Assembly (NCBI GenBank): GCA_963707915.1 | Contig: OY970178.1 | Coordinates: 1,184,001 to 1,248,000, forward strand | DNA: 64,000 nt | Source of the DNA: Candidatus Eiseniibacteriota bacterium | GTDB lineage: Bacteria; Eisenbacteria; RBG-16-71-46 | Direction of reading: 5' to 3' | Part shown: in pieces, positions 49,160-59,063 of the stretch | Position numbering within the stretch: position 1 is the stretch's first letter | Layout of the letters: each line of letters begins with the position of its first letter | Made by a program: the position numbers and the translations under genes | Notes under the pieces: generated by a model | Databases searched by the model: none | Told to the model about the DNA's origin: nothing | Seen by the model: the letters and a program-made list of their open reading frames with translations, nothing else

Positions 49160-51235
49160 CAGGCCGCCCCGGCCCGCGCGCGCGGCCGCCCGCAGCTCGC
49201 GCGCCCGCTCGCTCCACGTAGGAGCGGTGCGCGCCGGCGTTCGCCTCGGTCTCGTCCGGCCGGCCCACCCGCGGATCGCCGGCCACCCAGCGCCGCGCCC
49301 AGGCCTCGAGCGAGAGCCAGCGCCAGACCTGCAGCCCGGTGGCCCGGCGTCCCGCGAGGAAGTCCCCGAGCTCGACGGCGAGCACGTCGCGGTCGAGCCA
49401 CTCGTGCAGCGGCCCCGGGCCCGAGCAGGCGGCGGCGCGCCTCGCCGGCGTAGCGCCCGCGCAGCCACAGGTCGGCGGGGGTCTCGAAGCCCTTCTTGTC
49501 GCGCCGCGCCAGCACCGCGGGCGGGATGCGATCGGCCAGCGCGCGCCTCAGGACCGCCTTCGTCGTGTCGCCGTCGAGCCGCATCGCGTCGGGCAGCGAG
49601 AAGGCGTACTCGACCAGCCGGTAGTCGAGGAAGGGCAGCCGCGTCTCGATCGAGAAGGCCATCGAATCGCGGTCCTCGTAGCGCAGCAGCGAGGGCAGCA
49701 GCCGCTGCAGCGTGTCGAAGGCCAGCTGGCGCGAGAGCGCGCTCGGGAAACCGCGCGGCGGCCGCGGGAGATCCGGCCGGGGCAGGCCGCGCAGCGCGCC
49801 GGTGAGCACGCGGTCCTTGCCCTGGCCGAAGCGGCGCCGCAGCGGAGCGACCAGCCCCGCGGGCAGCCAGGGCTCGAACGTCAGCGCGAGCGCCGTGCCC
49901 GGGCCGAGACGGCGCGCCACCTTCGGCAGCAGGCGCAGGAAGCCCGCCAGGTCGCCCCGCGCGACCAGGTCGCGCAGCCGCACCGGCAGGTAGCGGAAGT
50001 AGCCCGCCAGCGTCTCGTCGCCGCCCTGGCCGTCGAGCAGCACCTTGAGCCCCTGCGCGTGCGCCAGCTCCATCACCTTCCACTGCGAGAAGAGCCCCGG
50101 CCCGGCCGTGGGCTCGCCCTGGCGCGTCGCGAGGCGGTCGAACGTCGCCCAGAAGTCCTTGCCGTCCGGGACCACCACGTGCGAGCGCGCGCCGCTCGCC
50201 TCGACGGTCGCGCGCATCCAGGGGCGCTCGTCGAACTCGGGGCCGTCGTCGTAGGCGCAGGTGAAGGCGTGCATCGGGTGCGGCAGCAGGCGCGACGCGG
50301 TGGTCACGACCGCGCTCGAGTCGAGCCCGCCCGAGAGGCACGAGCCCACCTCGACGTCGGCGCGCAGGCGCAGGCGCACGGCGTCGGTGAACAGGCGTGC
50401 GAACTCGCGTGTCTGCTGCTCCGCGTCCCCGCGCGCGCGCGTCCCGGCTTCAGCGACCACCAGCGGTCGACCGCGAGGCCGCGCTCGCCCACCACGAGGA
50501 AGTGCGCCGCCGGGCAGGCTCCTGAGCCCCTCGAAGAACGTGCGCGGCGTCGTGGTCCACCCAGTCGAGCGCCAGCAGGTCGCGGACCGCCTCGAGCCGC
50601 GGCACGACGCGGCCCGGCTGCGTGAGGACCAGCGCATCGGGCTCCGAGGCGAAGGCGAAGCGCCGCCCGTCCCACTGGTAGTAGAGCGGCTTCACGCCGA
50701 AGCGGTCGCGGGCGCAGAACAGCTCGCGCCGCTCGCCGTCCCAGAGCGCGAAGGCGAACATGCCGTTGAAACGCCCCAGGCAGTCGCGGCCCCAGCGCCG
50801 GTAGGCGGCGAGGATCACCTCGGTGTCGCCGGTGCCGCGGAAGGTCTCGCCCAGGCCCTCGAGCTCCTGGCGCAGCTCGACGAAGTTGTAGACCTCGCCG
50901 TTGAAGACGATCCAGTGCCGGCCGGCGGGGTCGCTCATGGGCTGGTGCCCGGAGGGGCCGAGGTCCACGATCGAGAGCCGCCGGTGGAGCAGCCCGACGG
51001 CGAACCGGGCGGCATCCCCGGTGCTCCGCCGCGCGCCGGGCGCGAAGGGCAGCCCGCTGGCGAACACCTCGCGCGGCGTGTCGGCGCCGCCGAGGCAGGC
51101 GAAGCCCCCCGCCGGGTCGAGCAGCACCGCACCCTCGTCGTCCGGCCCGCGGTGGCGCATCAGGCCCGACATCCGGTGCAGCCGCCCGAGATCGGCGCGG
51201 CCGTCCGGGTCCCAGAGTCCAGCGATGCCGCACAT
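49159..51235 (-). CDS. asnB: Asparagine synthase-like glutamine amidotransferase; several frameshifts
   Basis: MCGIAG, HRGPDDEG, HRRLSIVDL, FNGEVYN, ARDRFGVKPLYY, LSGGLDSS, LDGQGGDE, SMAFSIETRLPFLDYRLVE. Confidence 0.9.
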
Positions 51236-51254
51236 GCTCCCGTGTCCTTTCGGC

Positions 51255-52718
51255 TCAGGTCCCGGCCGGGCGCTCGCCGGCGGGGCGCGCGGCGGCCACG
51301 GCGCCGCGGTCCCGCAGGAGACCGAGCCACCACACCGAGCCCGAGAACGCCAGCGCGATCAGCACCTTCACCACGATCCCCGCGAAGCCCGGCGGCGCCA
51401 GCCGCTGTCCCGCCACCGTGAGCCCCAGCGCCAGCGCGAACACCCCGACCAGGCTGGCGCCGCGGAACGGCACGGGGTGCACGCGCTGCGCCACGACGTA
51501 CGTCAGCACCGCCGACGTGGCGTAGCCGAGCAGGGTGGCGATGCCCGCCCCCAGCGGCCCCATGCGCGGGGTCAGCAGCAGGTTCGCCACCGCGGCGACG
51601 ACCGCCGCGCCGCCCGCCGCCCAGCCCAGCAGCGGGGTCTTCAACGCGAGCCCGATGCCCACGGAAGCCACATAGTAGGCACCCTGCGCGACCGCGGCAA
51701 AGGCCAGGAACGCGGCGGGCCCGGCCGCGCCGGCGTAGGCCGGGGGCACGAGGACCGCCAGCGCCTCGGGCGCGAACAGGCCGGCCAGCATCGCGACCAG
51801 GCTCGCCGCCGCGACGTAGGCGGCCAGGACGCGCGCGTAGAGGCGGCCGGCATCGGGCGAACTCGCACGCGCGAAGGCGAAGGGCCCGTACGCCAGCTGG
51901 AAGGCGGACACGGCCATGGTGACCAGCGCGAAGAACTTGATGGCCACGCCGTAGACCGCCACGTCCTCGAGGCTCCGCGTGCGCTGCAGGGCGTAGCGGT
52001 CCAGGGAGGTCATCAGCCCGTAGGCGATGGCCACCGGCACCAGCGGCGCGCCGTAGCCGAGCATGCGCCGCAGCGTCGCGGCGCTGAACCGCGGCGCGAT
52101 GGTGTGCCGGATCAGCACCAGCGCGAACAGCGCGCAGGCCGCGTCGCCCGCGAGCCGCCCGTAGAGGACGCCCGCGACCCCCATGTGCCGGGCCAGCACG
52201 AGCCACAGCGTCAGCCCGGTGGTGAGCAGGGTCTGCGCCAGGTTCAGGGCGATGAACTTCCACGGCTGGAAGGTGACCCGCAGCAGGTCGTTGGCGAACA
52301 GCACCACCAGGGTGAACGGCAGCGTGGCTGCTCCCAGCAGCAGGTACTTGCGGTAGACGTCGGAGCTCACCAGCGCGCGCGAGAGCGGCGTGGCGAAGAG
52401 CGCGAGCAGCAGCGCCACGAGCGAGCCGGTCACCAGCCGGAAGGCCAGCGAGGTCGACGCCATCCGGATGCGCGCCGCGCGATCCGGTTCCTGGTAGAAG
52501 AAGCGCCCGAGCGCGCCGTCCATGCCGAAGACCAGCACCAGCACCGCGGTCTGCAGGTAGGCGAAGACCAGGTCCGAGACGCCATACTCGCCGCGCGCCA
52601 GCACCCGCGTGAGCACCGGCACGAGCAGCAACTGCACCGCGCGACCGCTCACCTGGCCGATCCCGTAGATGAACGACTCGGCCGAAAGCTGCTTCAGCGA
52701 ATCGCGCACCGAGGTCAT
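51255..52718 (-). CDS. wzx: Wzx-type oligosaccharide flippase
   Basis: LKQLSAESFIYG..LLLVPVLTRVL..EYG; many TMs; LDRYAL, LNLLLTPR.G..GA pattern. Confidence 0.88.
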   Translation of the reverse strand: MTSVRDSLKQLSAESFIYGIGQVSGRAVQLLLVPVLTRVLARGEYGVSDLVFAYLQTAVLVLVFGMDGALGRFFYQEPDRAARIRMASTSLAFRLVTGSLVALLLALFATPLSRALVSSDVYRKYLLLGAATLPFTLVVLFANDLLRVTFQPWKFIALNLAQTLLTTGLTLWLVLARHMGVAGVLYGRLAGDAACALFALVLIRHTIAPRFSAATLRRMLGYGAPLVPVAIAYGLMTSLDRYALQRTRSLEDVAVYGVAIKFFALVTMAVSAFQLAYGPFAFARASSPDAGRLYARVLAAYVAAASLVAMLAGLFAPEALAVLVPPAYAGAAGPAAFLAFAAVAQGAYYVASVGIGLALKTPLLGWAAGGAAVVAAVANLLLTPRMGPLGAGIATLLGYATSAVLTYVVAQRVHPVPFRGASLVGVFALALGLTVAGQRLAPPGFAGIVVKVLIALAFSGSVWWLGLLRDRGAVAAARPAGERPAGT

Positions 52719-53578
52719 CGCGGCCTCCCGAACGGGTTCCACTCCCCGCACCACGGGCACTCCCAGCGCCGCGGCCAGGGCCGCGGCGGCGCGAGCACGC
52801 TGTGCTCGCCGCACTCGCGGCAGACGTGCGTCACGCGGCGCCGCCCCGGCAGCCCGGCTCCACCGCGCACCTCCGGCGCCGGGCCCGGGGTCCCGGCCTT
52901 GCGGAACGCGAACACGAAGTTCGCGTCGCGCGCCAGGTCGAGGCCGACGGCGCGGTGCAGCCACGCCAGCGTGTCGGTGAACGGCCCCTGCAGCCCCTTG
53001 GTGCGCGGGTCGTTCATCCACGAGAAGCCCGCCGGCACGAACGCGTGGGCGGTCGGGACCAGGCCGCGCCGGCCGAAGAGCCCCAGCAGCGTCGGCAGGT
53101 CGAAACGCTGCTGGTGCTCGACGCGCTTGCGGAACTTCAGCAGCGCGAACTTGGCGAACCGTCCGGCGAAGCGGTAGAGCCGGTCGTCGAAGGCCGCGGC
53201 GCGCGGCACCGCGACGTAGAGCGTGCCGCCGGGGCGCGTCAGGCGCGCCAGCTCGTCGCAGCAGGCGGCCAGCCGCGTGACGTGCTCGAGCACGTAGTGG
53301 CAGATCACCAGGTCGAACGGCCCGTCCCGCAGCGGCAGCCGCTCGAGGCTCGCGCGCAGCACGTCCACGCCTTCGCGTCCCGCCGGAGGTCCGGGCGGGA
53401 ACTTGATGTCGAAGGCCGTGATGCGCAGGTCGGGCCGGTCGCCGTACCGCCACGATCCCGGGCCGCAGCCCGCGTCGAGCACGCGGGCGCCCGGCGGCGC
53501 CGCGTCGACCAGCTCGTGCAGGAAGAGCGGCGGCTCGCCGGCCGCCCGGACCGGCTTGCGGGCCCAGGGCTGGCTCAT
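52715..53578 (-). CDS. Class I SAM methyltransferase with C-terminal zinc ribbon
   Basis: VLDAGCGPG, LPLRDGPFDLV, VLEHV, RPGG; C-terminal CRECG..CPWCG. Confidence 0.88.
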   Translation of the reverse strand: MSQPWARKPVRAAGEPPLFLHELVDAAPPGARVLDAGCGPGSWRYGDRPDLRITAFDIKFPPGPPAGREGVDVLRASLERLPLRDGPFDLVICHYVLEHVTRLAACCDELARLTRPGGTLYVAVPRAAAFDDRLYRFAGRFAKFALLKFRKRVEHQQRFDLPTLLGLFGRRGLVPTAHAFVPAGFSWMNDPRTKGLQGPFTDTLAWLHRAVGLDLARDANFVFAFRKAGTPGPAPEVRGGAGLPGRRRVTHVCRECGEHSVLAPPRPWPRRWECPWCGEWNPFGRPR

Positions 53579-53675
53579 CGCGCCGCCTCCACCGGGGAAC
53601 CGCCACGAGGCGCGACCCGCCCCGCGCACGGCACCGCGGCCGCGCGGGTCCCTTCCCGGGAGACGACGGTCCCCG

Positions 53676-54299
53676 TCACCGGACCTCGCGCTTCACGTCG
53701 AGCGGCCGCCGGACGAGCACCGCGACCTGGGTCTCGTAGCCGCCCTCATCGGGATCGCCGATGAAGGCGAAGACCAGCAGTTGCTCGGCGCGCCCCGGCA
53801 CGGCGTGCACGCTCCGGAGGACCACCTCGGGGTGGTAGTAGGTCGTGAACTCGAAGTCGCCCGGCGTCGCGTCCCAGCGCGCCCGCACCCGGTACCGCGG
53901 GACGTCGCCCTGGACCGCGTGACGCAGCGTGTCGGTCCGGTCCATCCGGGTGTACGGCAGCGAGCACTCCGGGACCCGGCCCGGCAGGGGGCTCAGCGTG
54001 CGGCGCAGGGCGGCGAGCCCGCGGACCAGGGTCGAGTCGTAGGCCGAGCCTTCGCTGCGCGACGCTAGGCCGGTCACGACCGCCACCTCCGGATCGCGCC
54101 CGTCGAGCGCGAAGTACGACACGCCGCCGAACCCCCCGCCCCCGCTCTCGGTCACCGAGCGCACGTAGACACAGCGGGTCGCGGGATCCCACCCCAGCAC
54201 CTCGAGGAGCGTCGGTCCGCCCACGGTGGCGCGGACCGGCGCGGCGCACGAGAGCAGCGCGAACAGCACGGGAACCGAGCCACGCACCAGGTTCTTCAC
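53676..54299 (-). CDS. Exported hypothetical protein (possible lipoprotein)
   Basis: GTG start overlapping the upstream stop; hydrophobic N-terminus with LLSC. Confidence 0.6.
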   Translation of the reverse strand: MKNLVRGSVPVLFALLSCAAPVRATVGGPTLLEVLGWDPATRCVYVRSVTESGGGGFGGVSYFALDGRDPEVAVVTGLASRSEGSAYDSTLVRGLAALRRTLSPLPGRVPECSLPYTRMDRTDTLRHAVQGDVPRYRVRARWDATPGDFEFTTYYHPEVVLRSVHAVPGRAEQLLVFAFIGDPDEGGYETQVAVLVRRPLDVKREVR

Positions 54300-55204
54300 G
54301 GCTTCGCCTCCGAGGCGGGAACCCCGCGCATCGCGTCCCACAGCGCGCGCGGCACCGCGGCGGCGGCCGCGCCCTCCCCGCGCGCCAGCAGCCACAGCCA
54401 CAGCAGCTTCTGCTGCACCAGGAAGCACGGCAGCCAGGTCAGGCGGCCCGCGCCCCGCGCGTGGCGCGCGAACAGGGTCAGGTTCGCGCGCAGGCGCTGG
54501 TAGATCTTCCAGGGACTCGCCGCCCCGGTGCTGGCCGAGACCTTGTGCCGCAGCCGCGCGGCCGGGACGAACAGCAGGCCGAAGCCGGCCGCGCGGGCCC
54601 GCAGGCACCAGTCCGCGTCCTCGGCGTAGATGAAGTAGCGCTCGTCCAGCAGGCCGGCCCGCTCCCACGCCGCGCGGGTGGCGAGCAGGCAGCAGCCGGT
54701 GAGGTAGCCGGTGCGCTCGACCCCGCGGTACTGCCCGCGGTCACGCTGCCTCAGCCCCCGGTGCGCCGCGAGCCCCAGCGCGGGCACGCAGCGTCCGCCC
54801 GCGTACCAGATCACGCCGGGCGGCTGCTGGAAGCAGATGAGCGGCGCGGCGGCCCCCGCGCGCGGGTCCCGGTCGAGCGCGTGCAGGAGCTCCTCGCAGA
54901 GCCCCGGCTCCGCCTCGGTGTCGTTGTTGAGCAGCATCACCGCGTCGGCCCCCTGCCCCAGCGCGCGCTCGATCCCGGCGTTGCAGCCGCCGGCGAAGCG
55001 CCGGTTCCCGGGCAGCGCCAGCACGTCGATCTCGGGGAACTCGCGCCCGAGCGCCGCCACCGAGCCGTCGCTCGAGCCGTTGTCCACGACCATCACGCGC
55101 ACGCGCCAGCCTTCGGGCACCCGGCAGCGCGCCAGCGTGGGCAGCAACGCGCGGGTGTCCTCGAGCCCGTTCCAGTTGAGCACGACGACGGCGAGCGTCC
55201 TCAT
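54296..55204 (-). CDS. GT2 glycosyltransferase
   Basis: VVLNWNG, VDNGSSDGS, FAGGCN, LLNND, TGCCLL, YAEDADWC. Confidence 0.92.
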   Translation of the reverse strand: MRTLAVVVLNWNGLEDTRALLPTLARCRVPEGWRVRVMVVDNGSSDGSVAALGREFPEIDVLALPGNRRFAGGCNAGIERALGQGADAVMLLNNDTEAEPGLCEELLHALDRDPRAGAAAPLICFQQPPGVIWYAGGRCVPALGLAAHRGLRQRDRGQYRGVERTGYLTGCCLLATRAAWERAGLLDERYFIYAEDADWCLRARAAGFGLLFVPAARLRHKVSASTGAASPWKIYQRLRANLTLFARHARGAGRLTWLPCFLVQQKLLWLWLLARGEGAAAAAVPRALWDAMRGVPASEAKP

Positions 55205-56805
55205 CCGGCGCGGGCCTCCGCGCGCCACGCCGCGAGCAGCCGCGCCAGGGCGATCCCGGCCAGCGCCGCCAGCAACGCGAGCCCCGCCAGCACCGGCCGC
55301 GCGGGGGTGCCGGCGTAGAGCGCGTAGAGCCACCAGAAGTCGAGCCCGTGCAGCAGCGCGGCCTGGTCGGCCGGCGACAGGCCGAGCCGCGCGCCCGGTG
55401 CGACCGTGCCGGAGATGCGCGGCCAGGCGCCGTGCAGGTGCTCGTCCAGGTTGCGCCCCAGCATCCGCCAGTGCCCCGCGATCGGGCTGAAGCGCGGGTT
55501 GAAGTGGCTGTCACTCATGAAGCGCGGATCCTCGAGCGGCAGCGTGTACGGGTAGTCGCCGGCCTCGCGCATCTGCGCGCCGAAGTAGATGCCCACGCCA
55601 CCGAGCGTGACGAACAGCCCGGCGAGCCCGAGCACGAGTGCGGCGCGCCGCACGGCGCGCGCGGCGCCGTGCAGCGCGAAGGCCACCAGCAGGAACGCCG
55701 GCGGCAGGAGCGGCACCAGGTAGCGCGGCCCGAAGGAGCCGTCACCGCCCCAGTGCTGGAAGCGGCAGTACATCGCCAGCCCGACCACCCAGAGCGCGAG
55801 AGCGCCCCACGCGGCCCGGCCCGCCGGCGTCAGTTCGCTCCAGCGCGCGCGCCTTCTGCCGGGCACCGCCGCGCGCAGCGCGTGGCTCCGCCGGGTCGCC
55901 GTCCGCCAGCCGCCGGGCGCCAGCCACAGCGCGGGGGCGAACCACGCCAGGCCCTTGCCGGAGGAGAGCAGCAGCCCGTAGAGGCCGACCAGGACCGGCG
56001 TGGTGAAGGCGGCGGGCGAGGCCTGCGCGCCGTATCCCGTCTCGAGGGGCGAGCCGAACCGCGCCCAGCCGTACGCCGCGTGCCCGGCGAGTGCGAGCGC
56101 CAGGCCCAGCCCGGGGCCCACCCACGCCCCGGGCGGAGCGCCGATCATGGGCACCAGGCAGGCCAGCGCCAGCGGCAGCATCGTGAGCTTGGCCGAGACC
56201 GCGAGCAGCGCGCCCAGCCCGGCCAGGCGACCGAGCCGGCCGCGCGCCCGCGCCGTCGCCGACGGCAGGAGCGCCGCGGCGACCACCACGAGCAGCAGCC
56301 CGAGCGCCTGGAGCGGCTCGGCCATGAAGCTCTTGGCGTAGATCCAGGTGGGCGTGGTGAACCCGAGCAGCAGCGCTCCGGCCAGCGCCGCGCCCGCCCC
56401 CGCACCAAGCGCGCGCGCGCCGACGTAGAACGCACCGAGCAGCACGGCGGTGACGAGCGCGTTGAAGAAGGACGCGCCGAAGCGCACCGCCAGGGCCCGC
56501 CGTTCCGGGCCGAGCCCGAGCGCGGCGGAGCCGGCCTCGGCGGCGGCCACGAGCGGCAGCGCGAGCACCGCCTGGCCGGCGGTGTTCTTGGTGTAGAGGC
56601 GTCCGTCCGGGCCCCGGAGGGTCGCGCCCTCCGGCACCGAGATGCCGCCGTGCAGCATGGCGCGGGAGAGCTCGAGCATGGTGACCTCGTCGCTGCCCAC
56701 CACGCGCCCGCCGCCGGTGAGGACGTAGAGCAGGAAGGCGGCGACCGCCAGCGCCAGGCCGGTGCGCCCCGCCGAGCCGCGGCGGGCATCGGGCGCCGGC
56801 CTCAC
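55201..56805 (-). CDS. GT-C-type multi-TM glycosyltransferase
   Basis: TM1 followed by SDE acidic motif, SFMAEP, FGSPLETGY, WGGDGSFGPRYLVP. Confidence 0.72.
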   Translation of the reverse strand: MRPAPDARRGSAGRTGLALAVAAFLLYVLTGGGRVVGSDEVTMLELSRAMLHGGISVPEGATLRGPDGRLYTKNTAGQAVLALPLVAAAEAGSAALGLGPERRALAVRFGASFFNALVTAVLLGAFYVGARALGAGAGAALAGALLLGFTTPTWIYAKSFMAEPLQALGLLLVVVAAALLPSATARARGRLGRLAGLGALLAVSAKLTMLPLALACLVPMIGAPPGAWVGPGLGLALALAGHAAYGWARFGSPLETGYGAQASPAAFTTPVLVGLYGLLLSSGKGLAWFAPALWLAPGGWRTATRRSHALRAAVPGRRRARWSELTPAGRAAWGALALWVVGLAMYCRFQHWGGDGSFGPRYLVPLLPPAFLLVAFALHGAARAVRRAALVLGLAGLFVTLGGVGIYFGAQMREAGDYPYTLPLEDPRFMSDSHFNPRFSPIAGHWRMLGRNLDEHLHGAWPRISGTVAPGARLGLSPADQAALLHGLDFWWLYALYAGTPARPVLAGLALLAALAGIALARLLAAWRAEARAG

Positions 56806-57968
56806 CGCCAGCCCCGCCCGGGCACGAGCGAGTCCACCAGCGAGAGGGTGTGCCCGGCGAGCACGTCCCACGAGTGCGCGGCCTGGAGCGCGCGCACGCC
56901 CTCCCGCATCCGCGGCGCGAGGCCTCCTTCGAAGAAGCTCACGATCGCGGCGGCCAGCGCGGCGGGGTCCGCGGGCGGCACGACCAGCCCGGTCTCGCCC
57001 GGACGCACGGTCTCGGCCAGGCCGCCCACGTCGGTGGTGATCACGGGCGCGCCCAGCGCGTAGGCCACGTGGGTCACGCCGCTCTGGGTGGCCGAGCGGT
57101 AGGGCAGCACCACGACGTCCGCAGCCTTGAACAGCGCCTCGACGTCCTCATCGGACTGGTAGCCCTCCCGCAGGAGCACCGCGCCCGGTCCGGCCGCCAC
57201 CGCCAGCGCGCGATAGGGCGCGGCGTCCTCGTAGAAGTCGCCGGCCACGATCAGCGTGGCGGGCCGCCGCGCGCGCACCCGCGGCCACGCCTCGAGCAGC
57301 GTGTCGAGCCCCTTGTAGCGGCGCACGTAGCCGAAGAACAGCGCGACCTCGCCGTCGGCGTCCAGGCCGAACCTGGCCCGCGCGCTCGCGCGGGTGAAGC
57401 GCCCGCGGTCGAACTGGGCGTAGAGCGGGTGGGGCACGCGACGCATGGGCGCTCCGGGCTTGAGCTCGGCGAGGTCGCGGCCCACGCTATCCGACATGAC
57501 GAGGTAGCCGTCCGAGTTGCGCAGCATCCAGCGGGTCAGCTCCCGGTCGAAGGGCCGATGCTCGTGCGGCACCAGATTGTCGCACACCAGGACGACCCGG
57601 GTGCCACGCCTTCGCAAAGGCCCCACGGCCGAAGCGAAGGCGGGGGCGAAAAAGGGCATCCACCACTTGAGGATGACGGCACCGGGGGCGAAGCGCTCGA
57701 GGTGCGCCGCGGTGCGTCGCCAGGAGAGCGGGCCGATCGAGTCGAGCAGGGACTCGACCGGGAAGCCGGGGGGCGGGGCCGCGGGGTCGAGCTGCGAGCC
57801 GCCGGGGAACACCAGGCCGGGGTACTGGCGGGTGAAGGTCACGGCCCGCACCTCGGCCTGCTTCGCCAGCGCTTCGCCCAGCAGGGCGAGGTACTGCGCC
57901 AGCCCCCCGCGCCAGGGAGCCAGCGGTCCCACGAGGGCGATGCGCATGGATCTCGTCTCCGTGGTCAT
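56802..57968 (-). CDS. GT4 glycosyltransferase
   Basis: PWRGGLAQY, YPGLVFPG, WWMPFFAP, FFGYVRRYKG, LPYRSATQSGV, TDVGGLAE. Confidence 0.92.
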   Translation of the reverse strand: MTTETRSMRIALVGPLAPWRGGLAQYLALLGEALAKQAEVRAVTFTRQYPGLVFPGGSQLDPAAPPPGFPVESLLDSIGPLSWRRTAAHLERFAPGAVILKWWMPFFAPAFASAVGPLRRRGTRVVLVCDNLVPHEHRPFDRELTRWMLRNSDGYLVMSDSVGRDLAELKPGAPMRRVPHPLYAQFDRGRFTRASARARFGLDADGEVALFFGYVRRYKGLDTLLEAWPRVRARRPATLIVAGDFYEDAAPYRALAVAAGPGAVLLREGYQSDEDVEALFKAADVVVLPYRSATQSGVTHVAYALGAPVITTDVGGLAETVRPGETGLVVPPADPAALAAAIVSFFEGGLAPRMREGVRALQAAHSWDVLAGHTLSLVDSLVPGRGWR

Positions 57969-58037
57969 CAGCGGCCTTCCTCCGACGGACCCATGCGCTC
58001 CCCGGACTGCGGCCCGGCGGGGGCCGGGATCCCATCC

Positions 58038-59063
58038 TCAGCGCGTGCCCGAGGCCCAGGTGACCAGGCCGCGGCGTTCGAACTGGAAGGGCACCACCTG
58101 CCCGCCGTGCTTCTCGAGGACCGCGGCCACACGGTGCTTGCGGTCGAAGCGCGTCAGCAGCAGGAAGTAGCCGCCGCCGCCCGCGCCGGGCATCTTCCCG
58201 CCGATGGCGCCCTCGCGGCGCGCGAGCCGGTAGAGCCGGTCCACGTGGCTGTTCGAGATGCCCTCGTCCAGCCGCTTCTTGGACTCCCACGCTTCGTGCA
58301 GCAGCTCACCCAGCGCGTCCACCTTGCCGAGCAGCAGGGCCTTCTTCATCTCGAGCGTCTCGTTCTTGAGCCGGCGCAGCGCTTCCACCACGTCCGCGCG
58401 GCCGGCCCGGTAGGCCGCGGTCTGGCGCTCGATGATCTTCGCCGACTGGCGGGTCTGGCCCATGTAGCAGAGCAGCAGGCGGTACTCGAGCTCGTTCAGG
58501 ACGTCGGCGCGGATGCGCAGCGGGTTCACGACCGTGGCGTCGGCGTTGAACTCGATGAAGTTGAAGCCACCGAAGGCCGAGGCATACTGGTCCTGCCTCC
58601 CGCCCGCCAGCCCGAGGTCCACGCGCTCGATGCGGTACGCCAGCTCGGCGACGTCGTAGTCGGGCATCGGCCGCCGCAGCCACCCGCTCATCACGCCGAT
58701 CAGGGCCACCACCAGCGTCGAGGAGGAGCCGAGCCCCGAGCCCGGGGGCGCGTCGGAGTGGACCCAGAGATCGGCGCCGCGGCGCACCTTGAAGGCGCGC
58801 ACCACCGCCTTGATGAGGTCCAGGTTCCCGTCGAGCTTCATGCGGCGCGGGTGGTCGTAGCGGGCGACCATGTCGTAGTCGAGGCTCGCGAGCGTCAGTC
58901 GCGAATCGCGCCGCGGCCGCAGCGAGGCGTAGGCGTACTGGTTGATGGTGGCCGAGAGCACCATGCCGCCGTGCTCCTCGGGGTACGGCGAGACGTCGGT
59001 GCCGCCGCCGCACAGCGAGATGCGCAGCGGCGCGCGCGCGCGGAAATAGGACGCGGTCCTCAC
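58038..59063 (-). CDS. hddA: GHMP kinase, D-glycero-alpha-D-manno-heptose 7-phosphate kinase type
   Basis: RAPLRISLCGGGTDV, APPGSGLGSSS, GGRQDQYASAFGGFNFIEF, GAGGGGY. Confidence 0.9.
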   Translation of the reverse strand: MRTASYFRARAPLRISLCGGGTDVSPYPEEHGGMVLSATINQYAYASLRPRRDSRLTLASLDYDMVARYDHPRRMKLDGNLDLIKAVVRAFKVRRGADLWVHSDAPPGSGLGSSSTLVVALIGVMSGWLRRPMPDYDVAELAYRIERVDLGLAGGRQDQYASAFGGFNFIEFNADATVVNPLRIRADVLNELEYRLLLCYMGQTRQSAKIIERQTAAYRAGRADVVEALRRLKNETLEMKKALLLGKVDALGELLHEAWESKKRLDEGISNSHVDRLYRLARREGAIGGKMPGAGGGGYFLLLTRFDRKHRVAAVLEKHGGQVVPFQFERRGLVTWASGTR

